Positions 49,801 to 63,507 of a stretch of 64,000 bases of DNA are shown in pieces (the stretch's first letter is position 1; every line of letters starts with the position of its first letter). A program made the translations under genes and the position numbers. Under the pieces are notes generated by a model that saw only the letters and a program-made list of their open reading frames with translations, did not search any database and had not been told where the DNA came from. This DNA comes from Acanthaster planci (taxonomy: Eukaryota): contig NW_019091361.1 of the NCBI RefSeq assembly GCF_001949145.1, forward strand, positions 1,652,866 through 1,716,865, read 5' to 3'.

Positions 49801-52800
49801 TCAAATTCCCCTTTAGATTTCGTGTGTGTTGGTTGTGTGGAAGGATAAGACAGTGGGCACTCTAACATAAATGCCCATATGTTTTTACTGGCAACTCGGG
49901 AGGACGGGCCCTCCCCCGCTCCAGGCATTTGCCATCTCCCCCACCCCGACCTTAAGTCCCGCCCCACCCCCCACCCCCTTAGAATTGGGAGAAATAGGGG
50001 CTTTACATTATTGGAATTCTCTAACTAACCTTGTGAATGCTTATTCCCAGTGATAATGTTTACTATGAAAAATTGGCCCTTGGTCAAACCACTGCTGGCA
50101 AGTATATGGTCTACCTTTGGTCTCGGTGATGGTTTTAACCAAGCCGACGGCTACCTCGACTGCATGGTAACCAGTTATTCCACTGCAGGGGAGAAGACTG
50201 GCCACCGGGAAAGGTATGGAGTCAGGCACAGGAACCACGTACCGCAGCTCAGGCACGGCGACATACTGCTCAAATCTGGGGAGTAATCATGGAATAAAAA
50301 TACTACTAAGACTTCAACCAGAGAAAATCACTCTAAAGCAACTGAAAAGTCTATCAAAATTTAACGAAATTTGTCCAAACTGGCCTCGCCTAAAACATGA
50401 GCCGCTCAAGCTTCCTGCCACGTGCCTCGTTTCATTTTATAGGAATGATAATATCATTAAGCACTCTATGCCTAATGCAGCCAGAGCTGCTATTCATCCA
50501 AACAAGTTCATGTACGTGGCTGCTGAAGAAACAAAGGGATCGTAATGGTACAGTGTAATCCATGTTGCACTTTTGGAATCATAGAGTTTAGTAGATGAGG
50601 TAGCGTATTTAGCCATCTGTTCTAATTAATATAACACCTGTAGTAGCGAGGTACCTTGTTCTTGACAGGCAGTACATGAGGAATCACATAGGATCACGCC
50701 GCACACGAAGATGAAGGAAAAGACCGATCCAGTAATACATGTAAACCCTGCGCACTTCGCACTTGAGCGGGTAGCGCGTGTTCTTCTCCGATGCTACAGG
50801 TTCCAGCAGCGCTCATAATACGCGGGTGCACGCATGTTGGACATACATGTACATCAAGCTGTGACTGGTAAAAAAAAATGGGGCGGGGCTTAATAGATCG
50901 GTCGGTTAGAATGTCACCCTCAATGGTACTTCCATTCGGGGTGGAGGCAGGGGCTGAATTCGACAAGTAACTTCTCTTTGCGTACCCGCCATTATGTGAC
51001 AGCCCAATGGATTTAACTTCCGATATGGGGCCATTACAGAAGACGCTGTGATCGGCTTTACAAGGGCCGCATTCACCACAGAAGATCCACGGAAAGACAA
51101 TCACACGATCTCCCAGCTTCAACCCACTCGCGCTGATGTTCTTGGCGGCGCTCTCGCCCACGGAGAAAAGAATGCCGGCTATTTCATGTCCTGGAACCGA
51201 TAGCAAGAAAACGGTAAATTTGCATTATACGTGTACAATGCTGCATGGCTCCCCTGTCAAATCACCTCATCTTTTTGACCAATGCAATAGTTTTTATACG
51301 CGATTAAAATCCGATCAAAGTTCGTGTTCTTATGTTCCCGAATGAGGAATTTTGATTTGATGGGACGATTTAATTTGGTTTAATTTTCGTTTTCCTTTTT
51401 TTTTTTGGATGGGGTTACATAAGCAGATGCAGTGTCAATGACATTTCAATTAATCAAAATTTTCATGGAGAAATTTAACAGTGAATCCAAGTCAGTTATT
51501 GGTGAGCCTGGTGTGCAAGAGGGCCACAATAATAAATCTCCGCATCGAGGATGAAACCCTCAGCTACGTCTCCTGCCTTGACAGGGGGACCTGATCATTC
51601 AGTGCGAACTCGATCCCCACTATGCTCAACCCTGATCACGCTGGCTATTTAGAACCTAACTGACGTATGGGTGCTGCACTTAAAAGTAGAGGGGCGTCTT
51701 AGAATGACGGTAGCTGCTTGTCGTCAATATTATTGGTACAGCAGTGAACCAGTCTACCACCAGCCTCTCTCTTCGTTGCCGTTGAGGGGGTACTTTGACA
51801 GAGCCAATAACTTTTTCCGTTGCAGAAATTTCAAATCATCTCGTGCGAGACTAGTGTGGGCTGTTTTCCACTGGTTCCGACAGCAAACGTTTGAAACTGA
51901 CTCTGAAGCTGTGAATGCACAAAGCCTGAGACGTAGAACGAAGTCGAGTATTGGAAATGGCCAAGGTTTTAACTTAACTCCCGGTTTTGGTGGCGGCTTG
52001 GCCAACGAAATAGGTTCAGATTGGATTAATTTTCAATTCGGGGCATGTTTGAGTGACGACCATTTGTCAACACAGGTCAGTTCTCCTTGGCACTAAGGAT
52101 GCATTGTGTGTAGACCTTTACCGGGGAAAATCGGCAAGTTGTTGGCAAAATGGTGGTCTTTTGAACTGCCCTCACAATCAGATTATTGATGCAAAGTCCT
52201 GCAGATTGCGGGTAAACTATATTCTTGATACAGCTCACTCTCGCCCCTAGATATTCACCTGGGACGACGGGATACTTGCAGCCAAGTAGCTCAAGACACT
52301 TTGCTCCTTCTCCACCCTCCCAGACGTGTACATCAGTGTGGCACACTCCAGCGTAGGCGATCTTAGTATTGAGAATATAAAAAATGAATACGCTTTAAAA
52401 GAATTGTTTTGAAAACGAGCTCAAAATGTTCAAAGTTGAAATGAATTGAACATATCTTGACTTTAAAGTGTGGCATACAGCGAAAAGTCCACGTTTTCTA
52501 CATTCAGGGGAACTATACAAAGTCGTACTATTACTATATACTATTTGTGTCGTTAGACACTATAGATTTCGAATTAACGATTCCATTCATCTTGGCTAAT
52601 TGTATCAGAGCAATATTTGACTCAATTACCAGAAACACAGTGCATATCGCTGGGACTCGGCATCCTAAGAGACCTATGACTTAACATGAAAAGAGCAATG
52701 AAAATCCTTCAGGTTTATTCAGACTACGTGACATATTGAAAGTAATATACGACAAATCACATTACTCATCATGATCACAACTATTATCCTGAATGTTTCA

Positions 52801-55800
52801 CCAACACAGTTTGAGGACTCAATTCAAGCAAGGATACGGGATCCAGAGGACCAACGAGGCCGTCCCCGCCCCCCTCAAAGAGGAACCAGGTATTTCGTGT
52901 TCAAAGTTATAAGAGGAAAACGGTTTCTATTTGGGGGGGGGCTCCTTCAAAAAGCAAGTTTCCGTTCGTTGCGAACATTAATATGGAAACAGGGCTTTAT
53001 AATACACTTCCATTTTTGTTATTGGTAGACAGAATATTACCACAGGCCTGATCGCGTGACTCGTCGAGGAAACAAAACTGAAAACAGATTTAAGCACATA
53101 TCCACAGTTATAATATACATGTACATACACGTAAAGCATTTATTGAAGTGTGCAAGCCTATTTCTGCGCACTGTTATGTTCAGGAGACTCCCGCGTGTTA
53201 GTTTTCAAAGGGCCTGACCCCAGCCAGGACTTGATATACATAGCCCCCGTTGAACTTTGAATTCGCGTCACAGAGAGGTTTTTCGCACTTTAAAGGGACC
53301 AACTGTGAAGTTGGTTTTTTCCTCCATAGAGTTGGTTTTCGTCCAATTACCTAGTCCCTGATACCTTCGAGAGTCCGTCGTCTGGAACTTTTGGGACCTG
53401 TTTTATTATTGTCAGGCAGAAGTACGACCATACCAACAAAGGCGGCTTCTTGGGATACTTCCTGGCCCAAGACGGTGTGGACGTGGGCGCATTCGATTAG
53501 TTTCCTTGAGCTTGTACCCGGGCAGGATTTACTCACAGGCGGAAGCCACAAAATGAGACAAGTCAAGTGATTCTCGCTTGTTTTCGCCTGGCTATTGCGA
53601 GGAACGTAAAGTCCAAGGTCATATATCATAACACTTTGAAATTGGTTTGTATTTTATTAAAAGTATCCTTCATCCGAACATGTTTTCTGCAACTTTCTAT
53701 TCTTTTTAAATGTATAGGAACAACTGAGGTGACATCTCTTTTCTGCACTGAAATGTTAAATTTTATACGTTTCCGTGTGTTTCCAGAGAACTTGTGAGGG
53801 CTTTATTGCTGTGACGTCATTACAGGGGGATCATGGGGGGGGGGGGGTTCTGTTCAAACCAGGAACCCAAAATTTGCTCACAGGGAATATTTGTGAAAAG
53901 GATTTGCTCGCTACTGTCATGAACTGGAACAATAACGAAATATCTAAGTACAAGTCACACATTAAATGCATAAACAGTTGTACCACTGGCTTGGGCCCGA
54001 CATATACCTTTGTCCAAAATCTACAAATTCGCATTAGCATAAGAAATTTACATGAAAGTACATGTACCTCTAAGCTCAGTGGAGAGTATTTAGTCTGCGA
54101 GAACCGCACTAACATAACTGCAGGGCCCTTTAAATACAATCATGCAAACGTTTTGTTGTCTGCCAGGGGAGGTAACCAGCCTGAGCCGCATCAAAGGAAT
54201 AAGCCAATTTATTATCAGATTAATAATACATCTGTAATGGCTCTCACAATTTATTTTGTAAATAATTAGCTACCTTCATACTCCGCAGAGTGTGCGTCTC
54301 AGGCAGCTACCATAGACCCGCTCACAAGCTGGCTACAACGCTCGGGGCTAGCCTGGGTATAACGTGATGGTTAAATTGAATGGACTGGTGTAACCCTTTA
54401 GTTACACATTTACACAAGTTAATCGAACGCAATGGACCAGAGGCTTACTAAAATTTAAAATTCGGGGCCTATGTCTGCATTTCAAGTGAAGGTGTCTTGA
54501 TCAGCCATGGTTACGAAACAAGGTTTGCTCTTTCGCCCTCAACAATAGCGATCGTCTCATACTGCAGCTGCCCTTGAATAGGGTAAGGGCCAACTACGGA
54601 AGCAGCATTCCTGCGTTGTTCCCAGGGTCTTCTTCAAGCAAGCTCTTGGCTCAGCAGTGAACCTTGAGGGTGATAGCCTAAAGGGTCCGTGCAATGCGTT
54701 AATATTTTCTCAGCAACGGAGGCTCATTTGCTCAGAACTGAACTTCAAAGGTTCACGAACGACTGTGAAATGCGCGCGTAGCATGGTCGCATCGTTACCA
54801 ACAAATTGAACATTCCCGTCCAACGCGGCTCTTTTTAACTGATGAGGGAGCGCTTCTGCTCGAGGCAGGTTTTCTGTTCAAATTGTGAACCCAAAATTTG
54901 CTCATTGAAAACATTTTGGAGAAAATCCACATTGCTTTGCACTTCCATAGTGAGTAATTTCCAAGAAAAGAAAGCGTAAGACAAAATAATATCAAAACTT
55001 GCCGCAGTTTTTACGTCCAATTTATTGCACAACTGGGGTTTCCTCTCAATAATGACAAAGTTTTGCTTGTTTGGAAATTTGCATAGAAATCAAAGAGCAC
55101 CAAAATACCTTTTGAAATAGCAAAACCAAATGTGACGGTTTTCTTTGACTATAAGGTCGTATTTTCCAAAAGGCACAGTGAAAACTGTTCACAGGGTCTG
55201 CAAAGAGTAGGTCCTATCAAAATCTGAGGTAGGCCTATAACAATAAGAATTATAGTTGGTGACCTGGGGAACGCTGGTGTATCACATGACGTACAGAACA
55301 TTTACCCGTCCCTGGATATTGGGGCTGGTCAAATATAGTGAAATCGCATAATCAACTGACATCATCACTAATCTGATCGTATTACTTGAGAATATGCCCT
55401 GAAATGGAGACTGAACACATACATATTTACGTGCATATGGGAAAACATTAAGTGAGAGCGCGAGAAACTGATCGTTGTATGCGCCAGTCTCTTTCTGCCT
55501 GTGCGCACTATACGCTGTTCACGCTTTCCCAAGTTTTAGTATTGACACGACCCACATGTACCCCTTTTGAACTTTAAATTCCCACCACAGAGATTTTTTT
55601 TCGTACACGGATTCCAGATGCGCATAGGTAGAACTAGAACGAGGAACGTTCTGAAACGGTTGTCCAATTTCTCATCCGTGAAAGCATTCTCCCAAAGTTG
55701 CTTAAACGCATTGTCTTTAAAACACTGGTGCTTACAATAAAAATAGCAAGTATGGGGGAGGGGGAGTTGTCCCCTCGTACCCCCAGCTAGATACGTCAAT

Positions 55801-55960
55801 GTTTTTCTCTTTCTTGTGTGTCCACGTTGTTTTTTCCTACAATTATTACCGACGTGAACCATACCTTTACAACTGCCCCATCGTCAGGAGCTTTTGGGAT
55901 TGGCTCATCGTTCACGAAGACCAGCGGCTCCCCGGGCGTGTTCACACGGATACACTTCAT
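46871..55960 (-). CDS. Zn-dependent alcohol dehydrogenase (MDR superfamily), paralogue D, 8 exons, 378 aa
   Basis: Exons (minus strand) 55960-55865, 52361-52259, 51190-50986, 50275-50115, 49498-49389, 48180-47989, 47360-47211, 46990-46871. All introns GT-AG; 1137 nt open frame. Motifs: GVCHTD, GHE, CGECGPC-x7-C, LLPCSGITGYHAV, GAGGVG, IICAEIK, GLLGGE, GEVVGRAIL. Confidence 0.95.
53810..53950. repeat. Dispersed repeat with aacccaaaatttgctca core (other copies at about 38990-39080 and 54870-54920)
   Basis: The 17-mer aacccaaaatttgctca is identical in three places. Two copies also share ctcgct..ctgtcatgaact. Confidence 0.6.
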
Positions 55961-58900
55961 GGTTGCAGTTTCGCACTTCCTGACAGTAGGGAGAGGACTG
56001 TCCAATGCCCCTGTCGTTCTGCCTAGATCTGCCACGATTGTGAGCTTAGGTTTACACGTACTCACTGCTCGTTGCAAAACTGTGCATCACTCCCACGCGG
56101 CCCATGTGGAGGGCGCGGGCAAAGTGTAAAAGCATCATTCAGGCGTCATTCCCAGGGTCTGCCTCCAAGCAAGGTGTCAAAAGTTAAACCCTGGGAGGTT
56201 ATGCGACTCATCGTATTCTGATTGGTTACAGCAACACGACAAAATTGATTTTATGGTGTAATTGGTGATTTTCATGCTTCCATATAACCCTCCTCGCAAA
56301 AGAATCTCTGGCTCCATTTATGTTCAGCACATTTATCACTTTACTGTAGTCCGTGTATATAGAGTGGATTGGACTCAGATTTGCTTAAAACCTGTGAAAA
56401 TGGCTTCCTTATTTTTGGGTTCTGTGAAAAGATGTCAACAGGCCACGTGGCAACACGCAGTTTCACCCGGATCGGTCGCTATAGCAGTGAGCATGCATGC
56501 AAGAGTTTGGTTGGCAACCGTTCGTCGAGCGTTGCTTAAAATAACTGCAATTTCTTTTGTAAGTGGATTTTGCCGTTTCATTAATCGGTGATTGGTGGTT
56601 GCTGCGCGTTTTCTTAGTTCCTGCCATTTTATGAAGCTTCGAAAGTTTGTCGACTACCCATGAGGTCCTGGTCTTTGCCCATGACAATGGGAGATTGGCG
56701 TCAGGTCGCTTGGGTCAATGGGAGCGCCCTTTTTTGTTGGTATCCAAGACAGTGATGAACGTTGGAAAAGAGGCACCTTCATGGAAGTAAAAGGAACACT
56801 GCAGGTGGCGCCTTTGTGGTGCGAACTCAAAGTTCAAAGAGGGTTGTGTGTCAAGCCCTAGTTTTGTGCAAGCCACTCTTTGGTATTGTCAACATTCTCA
56901 TCATCGAGGCTGATAACATACATAAAAGAACGTGGAAACAGACCCGCGCATAACAGGAGTCCGGCACTTCTTCAGTAAGCGGTTCAACATGCAAACTGCA
57001 TGTGTCTCCGATTCAACAAGTCATGCGATCAGACTACTGATTTGTACACATTTTAGAAAACAGACGAAAGTCAGTTGTTTCGGGCTCTTTTTTTCGATGA
57101 CATTTTAACTGTATTAGGGTTTGAACTTCAGAGATTCGAATTGCTGTCTTTTTTTTAGTATCAATATAAAGTAAGGTACATACACCAGAGTAATCATAAA
57201 GGGAGCCTAAGGACTCTGCAAAGCTTGAACCAAAATCTCTTGAAACGCTATGTTTCCTTTTTCTCTTTTTAAAGAGGCCATAATGTGAATTTGACTTTGT
57301 ACGACTTTCTACTTCTCTTAAGTGTGAAAAGACTACCTAATATCACTTCTTTACACTCATCACAACTTCCACTTTTTAACATTTGAGATATTCTACCCGC
57401 TTTTCCTCACAAATGAAGGCCACTGTTGCTGTGATGCTCTTACACAGGGTTTATGGTAAAGGGTGTGTTGGCACTGTGAACGCGACATTTGCTTATTGAA
57501 AATATTTGCTCGTCCAGAAACTGCCACAAACTGAAGCAAATATTTCCAGCGAAGTACCAAATAAACAAAATTTATTACCACAAACGTCCACAATTCGGGC
57601 AAATTAGAGTCCAGAAGTATCTGTAACAACCAGGATTGTGCCCCAGACGTCACACTTCTGCTCCTAAATTGGACATGCGCATTGTCATAAATGAAAGGGG
57701 TACCCATTTGTCCTTGAAAGAGACAACAAAAATTGAAAATTACGTTTAAGGGGATGGATGGTGTAACATGGCGCCGATCAATGCTCCCTGTTCCCGCGTG
57801 CAGACTTTTGAAACCCGATAAGGAACAAAGGGTGGTACTTTTCGGGTTTCCTAGGTATTGCGTGATTTGAAATGTAACTTTTGTCTTTCTGGGCGTACGA
57901 ACATTTTTCAGTGAAGCATTAACAAAGTTTTAAAACTGAATTTTTTGGGGTGTATGACAAATAACGGAGAGGGAAATTTTGTCTCGGCAGATAGGCCTAC
58001 TGTAAGCAATTCAATCTCACAGGATTTGGGCCGTGCACAGTCCTGCATCTCGATCAATGATCCCAATGCTGGTTCACTCCATCCATTAGGCGAGATTTGG
58101 TATCAGCCGTATCAGTGAACCAACGACGGATCACTGATCATGTCCAGATCTGTGTGAAACAAACAACCCCCTCCGCCTCGCCCCCCCCCCAAAAAAAGCG
58201 CAAAGCCATTTGCCTCGACACTTCGGTGGTGCCCTTTGTAAGAGCCAATCAGAACATGGCTAACAAAGAGAAGTACCGCCCATTTGTCAAACCTAGTTCA
58301 ATGTCATAACTCGCCGGGCAGAGAGGTCATCAGTGCACGTCTATGCCTCTCGAGGGACTGAGAGTATGGAGGCATAGACGCGTTCACCAATGATCGAATC
58401 ATGCCAGCGCACAGGCCTAATATGTACCATAAAATGTAGGATTTTATGACTGAACTGTTATAATTCAACCATTAAGTAATTGCAATACAACAATTAAATG
58501 AGCGCTTTTAGTTTTCCTAGAATCAGTTCTGTTTCTGTTCCCATCCAGTAAGGGCGCTGTAAAAAGGGCACTATCAGAGCTGTATACATACATGTATAGA
58601 GACAGTAGAGAGCCAGCTTTACATTTTGGAAACGAAATGGCTGTCCGTTATACCAACTTTTCGTGTGCAGGGACTCGCACCTATGGTGACCCTGGAGGGC
58701 CATCGCCAATCGTTAATATTGACGGCAATATTCGCGACCAAAGAGCGAGTTGAAATTGTTTTCGCAAAACGACGTGAAAACTGACGATTGGTGATGTCCC
58801 TCCAGGGCCAGCATACACACCTGCAGTTTGTTTTCCAAAATAGTGACACTTGCGTCCCAACTCTCTCTATTCGCTGCTCTGGCACAGCGGTTGCACTAAA

Positions 58901-60156
58901 CTAATTACTCGCCGATAGGAAACCGTGCAAAACCACGGGAAAAGCGCCACCTAGTGACCCTAAGGAACAGACTGACTTCGCGTGATTCACTGAAAATCCA
59001 AGATTATGGTCACAAGATCAGTTTTCTTTTCCATTTTATAAGGGTTGGCCACAAAGCATGTTTATTCGCCCCCCGAGGTCATTCGGATTCGTGGGCGAGG
59101 TCTACCCATATATATGTAGATATCAAAAGAATTTCTTATATTTTTATAAAGAATTTTTTTATATCTGTGGGTTTGCACTATCAGTGCGTCCCCATGCAGA
59201 CTCGCACGCGTATACTTATTTTCACGAAAGGAATTTTTCTTTAATACAAAACTGACTGGGTTCGTTAGTGTGATATCACTTGCAGTTTAAACCGCGTCCA
59301 TTGGACTTGGAGCTCCTCATTTCGTCTTTACCAATGTACTGTAGACACGGTACTGCCACCTTTCTTTGTGTGACGATTCTTTTACGGGTTTGAAAAAAAT
59401 ATTTTGAAACTGTTTTAACACAATCGGTTTAAAAAAAACACATTTTGACCCCATCTCGACCCCAAACCTGGATAAACCATTGATAATGTCATAACTTGGA
59501 CAAAACAATGAAACACTCGTAAAAACTTGGACACCTGTAAAAGCAGGGCGGGGAATTTTGGCTATTTTGGAGCTTAAATGTATTTACAATCCGTATTGTA
59601 TAAATCAATTTGATAGATTCAGGGATTTGGAGGCACTTACTATGAAAAGTGATATCATAGCATTAAATGGTTTTGTAAAAATCTGTAGAAAAATTAATGC
59701 ATGTATATCAATGGTGAAAAAGTCACAAGAAACAGTTATTGAATAGAGAATCGATACCATTGGATTGCAATTTAGAGTTGGCCATTGGTATCGATAAAAA
59801 TGAGATCCTATCACACTGATAAACATCTCAATATAACTTGAATGTAGTGTTAAATTCTACAATATTAGAAGAGAAGAAAGAAACCTAGAAAAATTGGAGT
59901 TTCCACCCTAGTTTGGGAATTCTATTAAGTACATGTACAACGACATTTTATCTGAAATGCTAAAATTAACTAGATCTTCATGTAAATCCTGGCTATGACG
60001 AAGACAGATTTGTGTATCAAAAGAGCTAAAAGCCTTCCATAACATCAGTCGAAGCTATTAACTATATTAAGCAGACCTTGTCAGAGATTCGACTCGACAC
60101 AGCTTCGTCTTGACGTATATCGTTGACTCAAAAGCCCAGATGACTCTATGGATAAC

Positions 60157-63100
60157 CTATTCACCATCATCGTTACATTTCAATATGGCCCGTCCAACCA
60201 CTTGTCCCTTGGCCAGTTTCTCCATGATTTGGACGCCATCTTCAAGTGGATGAACGCTGTACGTCAGGTTGTCATATATGGACTGATGAAGGAAAGGGAA
60301 ACAGAAATGTTGATTAATTTGACAAGCCTCCCGTAGCTCGATGGCTTATTTTGAGTAGTTCCGGAACTATAGACCGGGAGACAATGAACAACATTGTTGG
60401 GGGACGGGGTGACGTTTTGTGGGCAATTAGAATTTAAGTGCCGTCACCTATATGGGTTTGGGCCAAATAAAAATCACCCTCTAATTATTTCACACCCCAA
60501 AAGTACCATTTAAGGATTGACCTGCGTTGCCCTTCACCATTCTGCTGATATATACGATGCTTCATAAAATTCTCGATGAAATCACCAAATATCACAGTTA
60601 ATGTATGAGTCCGAATGTAACAAGGATTTTGTTTTGAAAGGGTCACATTCAGAAAAGAGCACGTGTAAAGCGATTTTTTACTCGTCTGGACCATCATCGA
60701 TTGAAACCAACCACTAGGGTCCGCAATCTATCTGTTTCAAAATAAGTCCCCAGCATAACTCATTCTTTTAAATAATAAGTAAATTCAAAGATTCACACTC
60801 AAATACAGGAATAAGCACTTGACAGGATACTTTTTGGACAAGATCGATAAAGGTGACTAGAAGATTATTTCTGTGAAAAGTGATCGTCCAACCATACAGG
60901 AATCTGTCGGTCTGTGTTTATATCCCCATAGGTTTGCGACTCCAGACTGGATGATTGTGATGACTTGTGGTGGCTTGATCAAAGCTCTGTACGCAGAGAG
61001 TCCTGAACCTGAGAAACAAGTAAAACTGAGTAATCACCGGCATTTTGACCACGAGTTCCAGCAGTGTCTTGAGTTGAGTGAGCCTGCCCATCAAGATGCC
61101 TTTGATGGTGACCCCAGTCAAAACTACATCTGGTAGCGGCATTCGTACCTCACCACCGAGGAGTCCAGTGACGATGTATTGGCCACACTGCACGGGAGAG
61201 ATACCAGAGAGACAGGTCAATATTTTAACAGCGCATATGCCTAAGACGAAGCTGCGGAAGTCCAATCGTGCCACAAACCAAAAAAAAAAATCAGTGGGAA
61301 ACTAATTCCTTATTACAGATTAGTTGACCGGGGAGCAACGTACCTAATAGTAGAAAACTGACAAACCATTGCATGAATAAATCAACGATGGAAGGATCCA
61401 ATTCTGAGATATCGCCCAGCAAAACTGGTGAGTTTCCTCCACTTTCCTCTTTTTTCTTAAATATTTCCTCTAGGGAGCAAGTGTCCCATTGCCATCCCCT
61501 CACGACGCACACGTACATATAAATAGAATCGTTCTGGCGCTGTGATTTGATTCTGTTCCTAACACAAATCTAGTGGTAAAGCCGGCCTCAAGAGGGGGGA
61601 AGGAGCTCTTAAGTCCTTGACAGAACTCGTGTCAAAGGGCACTGCTCTGTAACCGGAGACAAACCAACAGTACCCCAGCGATTATCTATCAGTGTGGTTC
61701 AGATGGTCCATCTCCCACACACTGCTTCCAGCCTCCTCCTAAATCCCTTTAGGTGGGCGAATGGGGAGTGCTTGTATAAAACTGCGAATGTAAACCTGGT
61801 TGAAAACACCGTGACTTTCCCGTACAATACTCAAGGTGTTTCAAACATCAAATAAAGCATTTTTCAAGGAAGACCTTTTTTAGATGCTTTGTTTCGTGTT
61901 CTCTGTGTACTTGAAACAGCATCATGATCAAGTTGCAAAACTTGGACAATCAAAAGGTTTGTTTCATTACCGTTGCTTGAAAACTTTCGAGAGGTGTGCA
62001 CAGGACTAAGATTTAGCGGCAACGGACATATTGAATTTTGTTTGCCGATCAGATAATGGCATTAAAATCTATCGCAAATCTTAAGAAATACATTGAAACT
62101 GGTACGCCATATTACGACAGAGAATTGAAGATTTTACCATTTGCATGGACAGCTTGCCGATTTCGAACGTTTTTGTTGCACCGACGAAATCTAGTATGAC
62201 ATCCACACCGCGTCCTGAGCGCGAAACCGTCTTGACTTGCCGCGCGATGCTATCACTGGGTTGATCTCGATCCATGAGGAGCGGCACAGTATCGCGGACA
62301 TTACTGGTAACCACATCTAACGCTTCTTGCTGGAAGATGAAGTAGATGTCCGAAACCGATTCAGGTTGTAGTATTGGAGTCAAAACAAATAAACTGATAC
62401 GCCAGAAAGTAACTATGGTTGATTGCAATTCTATATCTGGACAGAAACAGTTCACATTTTCTTAGTTGTCATAATAAGCTAAACGGCATTCAACGTGAAC
62501 TTCTCCCTGACTGATCGACTGTGAAAAACACTCTCTGGAAAGGGCACTGAAGTATGGTGTGCTATTAAGGCCACTCTATGCATGCAGCACGGTGACGTGA
62601 GTGTTGTTACACCACGCTGTGTAACAATGCTCACCGCGTTGCGTAATGCGGTCCTAATAGTACACCATACCGTCCACTAGTTACTGTATTCCTATCGCAC
62701 ACTTTTGCAACCATTCTAGATACCAGACCAAGCATGGAAGTATAGTCAGTTGCCGAAGTGCGCGAGCAGAAGCACCCGCTCATCGGTTGAAAAGAGCCGC
62801 GTTGGTCGGGAGTATTCATTTTGTTGGTAGCGATGCGACTGCAACATTGCGTTCCCTGGTTGTTTGTGACCCAGCAATGCGCAAAGGAGCCTCCGTTGCA
62901 AGGGAAATAGCGCCCTCACTTGGTCCAGCTCGCGGCCCATAGCGAAGAAGGATAGGGACAACTATACATTTTTAATGAGATTGTGTCCAGAAGTATTGGC
63001 TGAAGCTGGGAAAAACAAAAAGGGTGCCATTTAGCATTGGTGTAGCAACGTCATTTTGATGAATTGGCTGTGCCAAGGACACTTGTCATCCACCTTTAGT

Positions 63101-63507
63101 GGCGGTGCTGTTCGAGTCGGACGGTACAAAATAGACAAGAGGTGGAACTCTCTCAACAACTAAATTACTAACATTATTATTTAAGAGCAACAAGAAAACT
63201 CGTGAAAAGGGAGGTTATATATGGGAAAACGACGCTTGTTACATAATGGGGGGAGGGGTAAGTACCCCTTTCCTCAATTTATGCTACGCCACTGGTTAGT
63301 GGCTGCATGCTCTTCTAAACGACGCCTGCGTTATTGTCAGCCGCAGCCAATACGTTGGGAGGCAACCTTAGAAAGACAAAATTATAACAAAGCAAACCTT
63401 GACGTCTGCACATATGATTTGTGTTTCTGGCGGGAAAAGGGCCCTGGCTAAACGAACCCCCCACTGGCCGACCCCACCCACCCCAATCGCCATCACAGAG
63501 CAACAAC
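60157..63507 (-). CDS. Zn-dependent alcohol dehydrogenase paralogue E, partial (exons 5-8; exons 1-4 expected beyond the window end)
   Basis: Exons (minus strand) 63507-63398, 62329-62138, 61187-61038, 60282-60157, of 110, 192, 150 and 126 nt. Sizes and phases match the paralogues; GT-AG; no stops. Motifs: GVGGVG, IICADVK, GLLGGE, GQVVGRAIL. Confidence 0.92.
62760..62943 (+). repeat. Dispersed repeat, copy of 15135-15325
   Basis: Same conserved blocks as 15135-15325. Confidence 0.75.

Noticed and set aside
51500..51620. Possible HDV-like ribozyme (gagggcc...atcgag...gcgaa ctcgat)
   Set aside because: A P2-like pair and CGAA are present, but no P3/L3 or P1 partner strand can be built.
51671..52096. 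141-aa plus-strand ORF with an NAQSLR motif reminiscent of a LINE endonuclease start
   Set aside because: Only one short motif, with no downstream endonuclease motifs.
53775..54269. 164-aa ORF and other short ORFs in the track
   Set aside because: No recognisable domains. They overlap repeats or are antisense/alternative frames of ADH exons.
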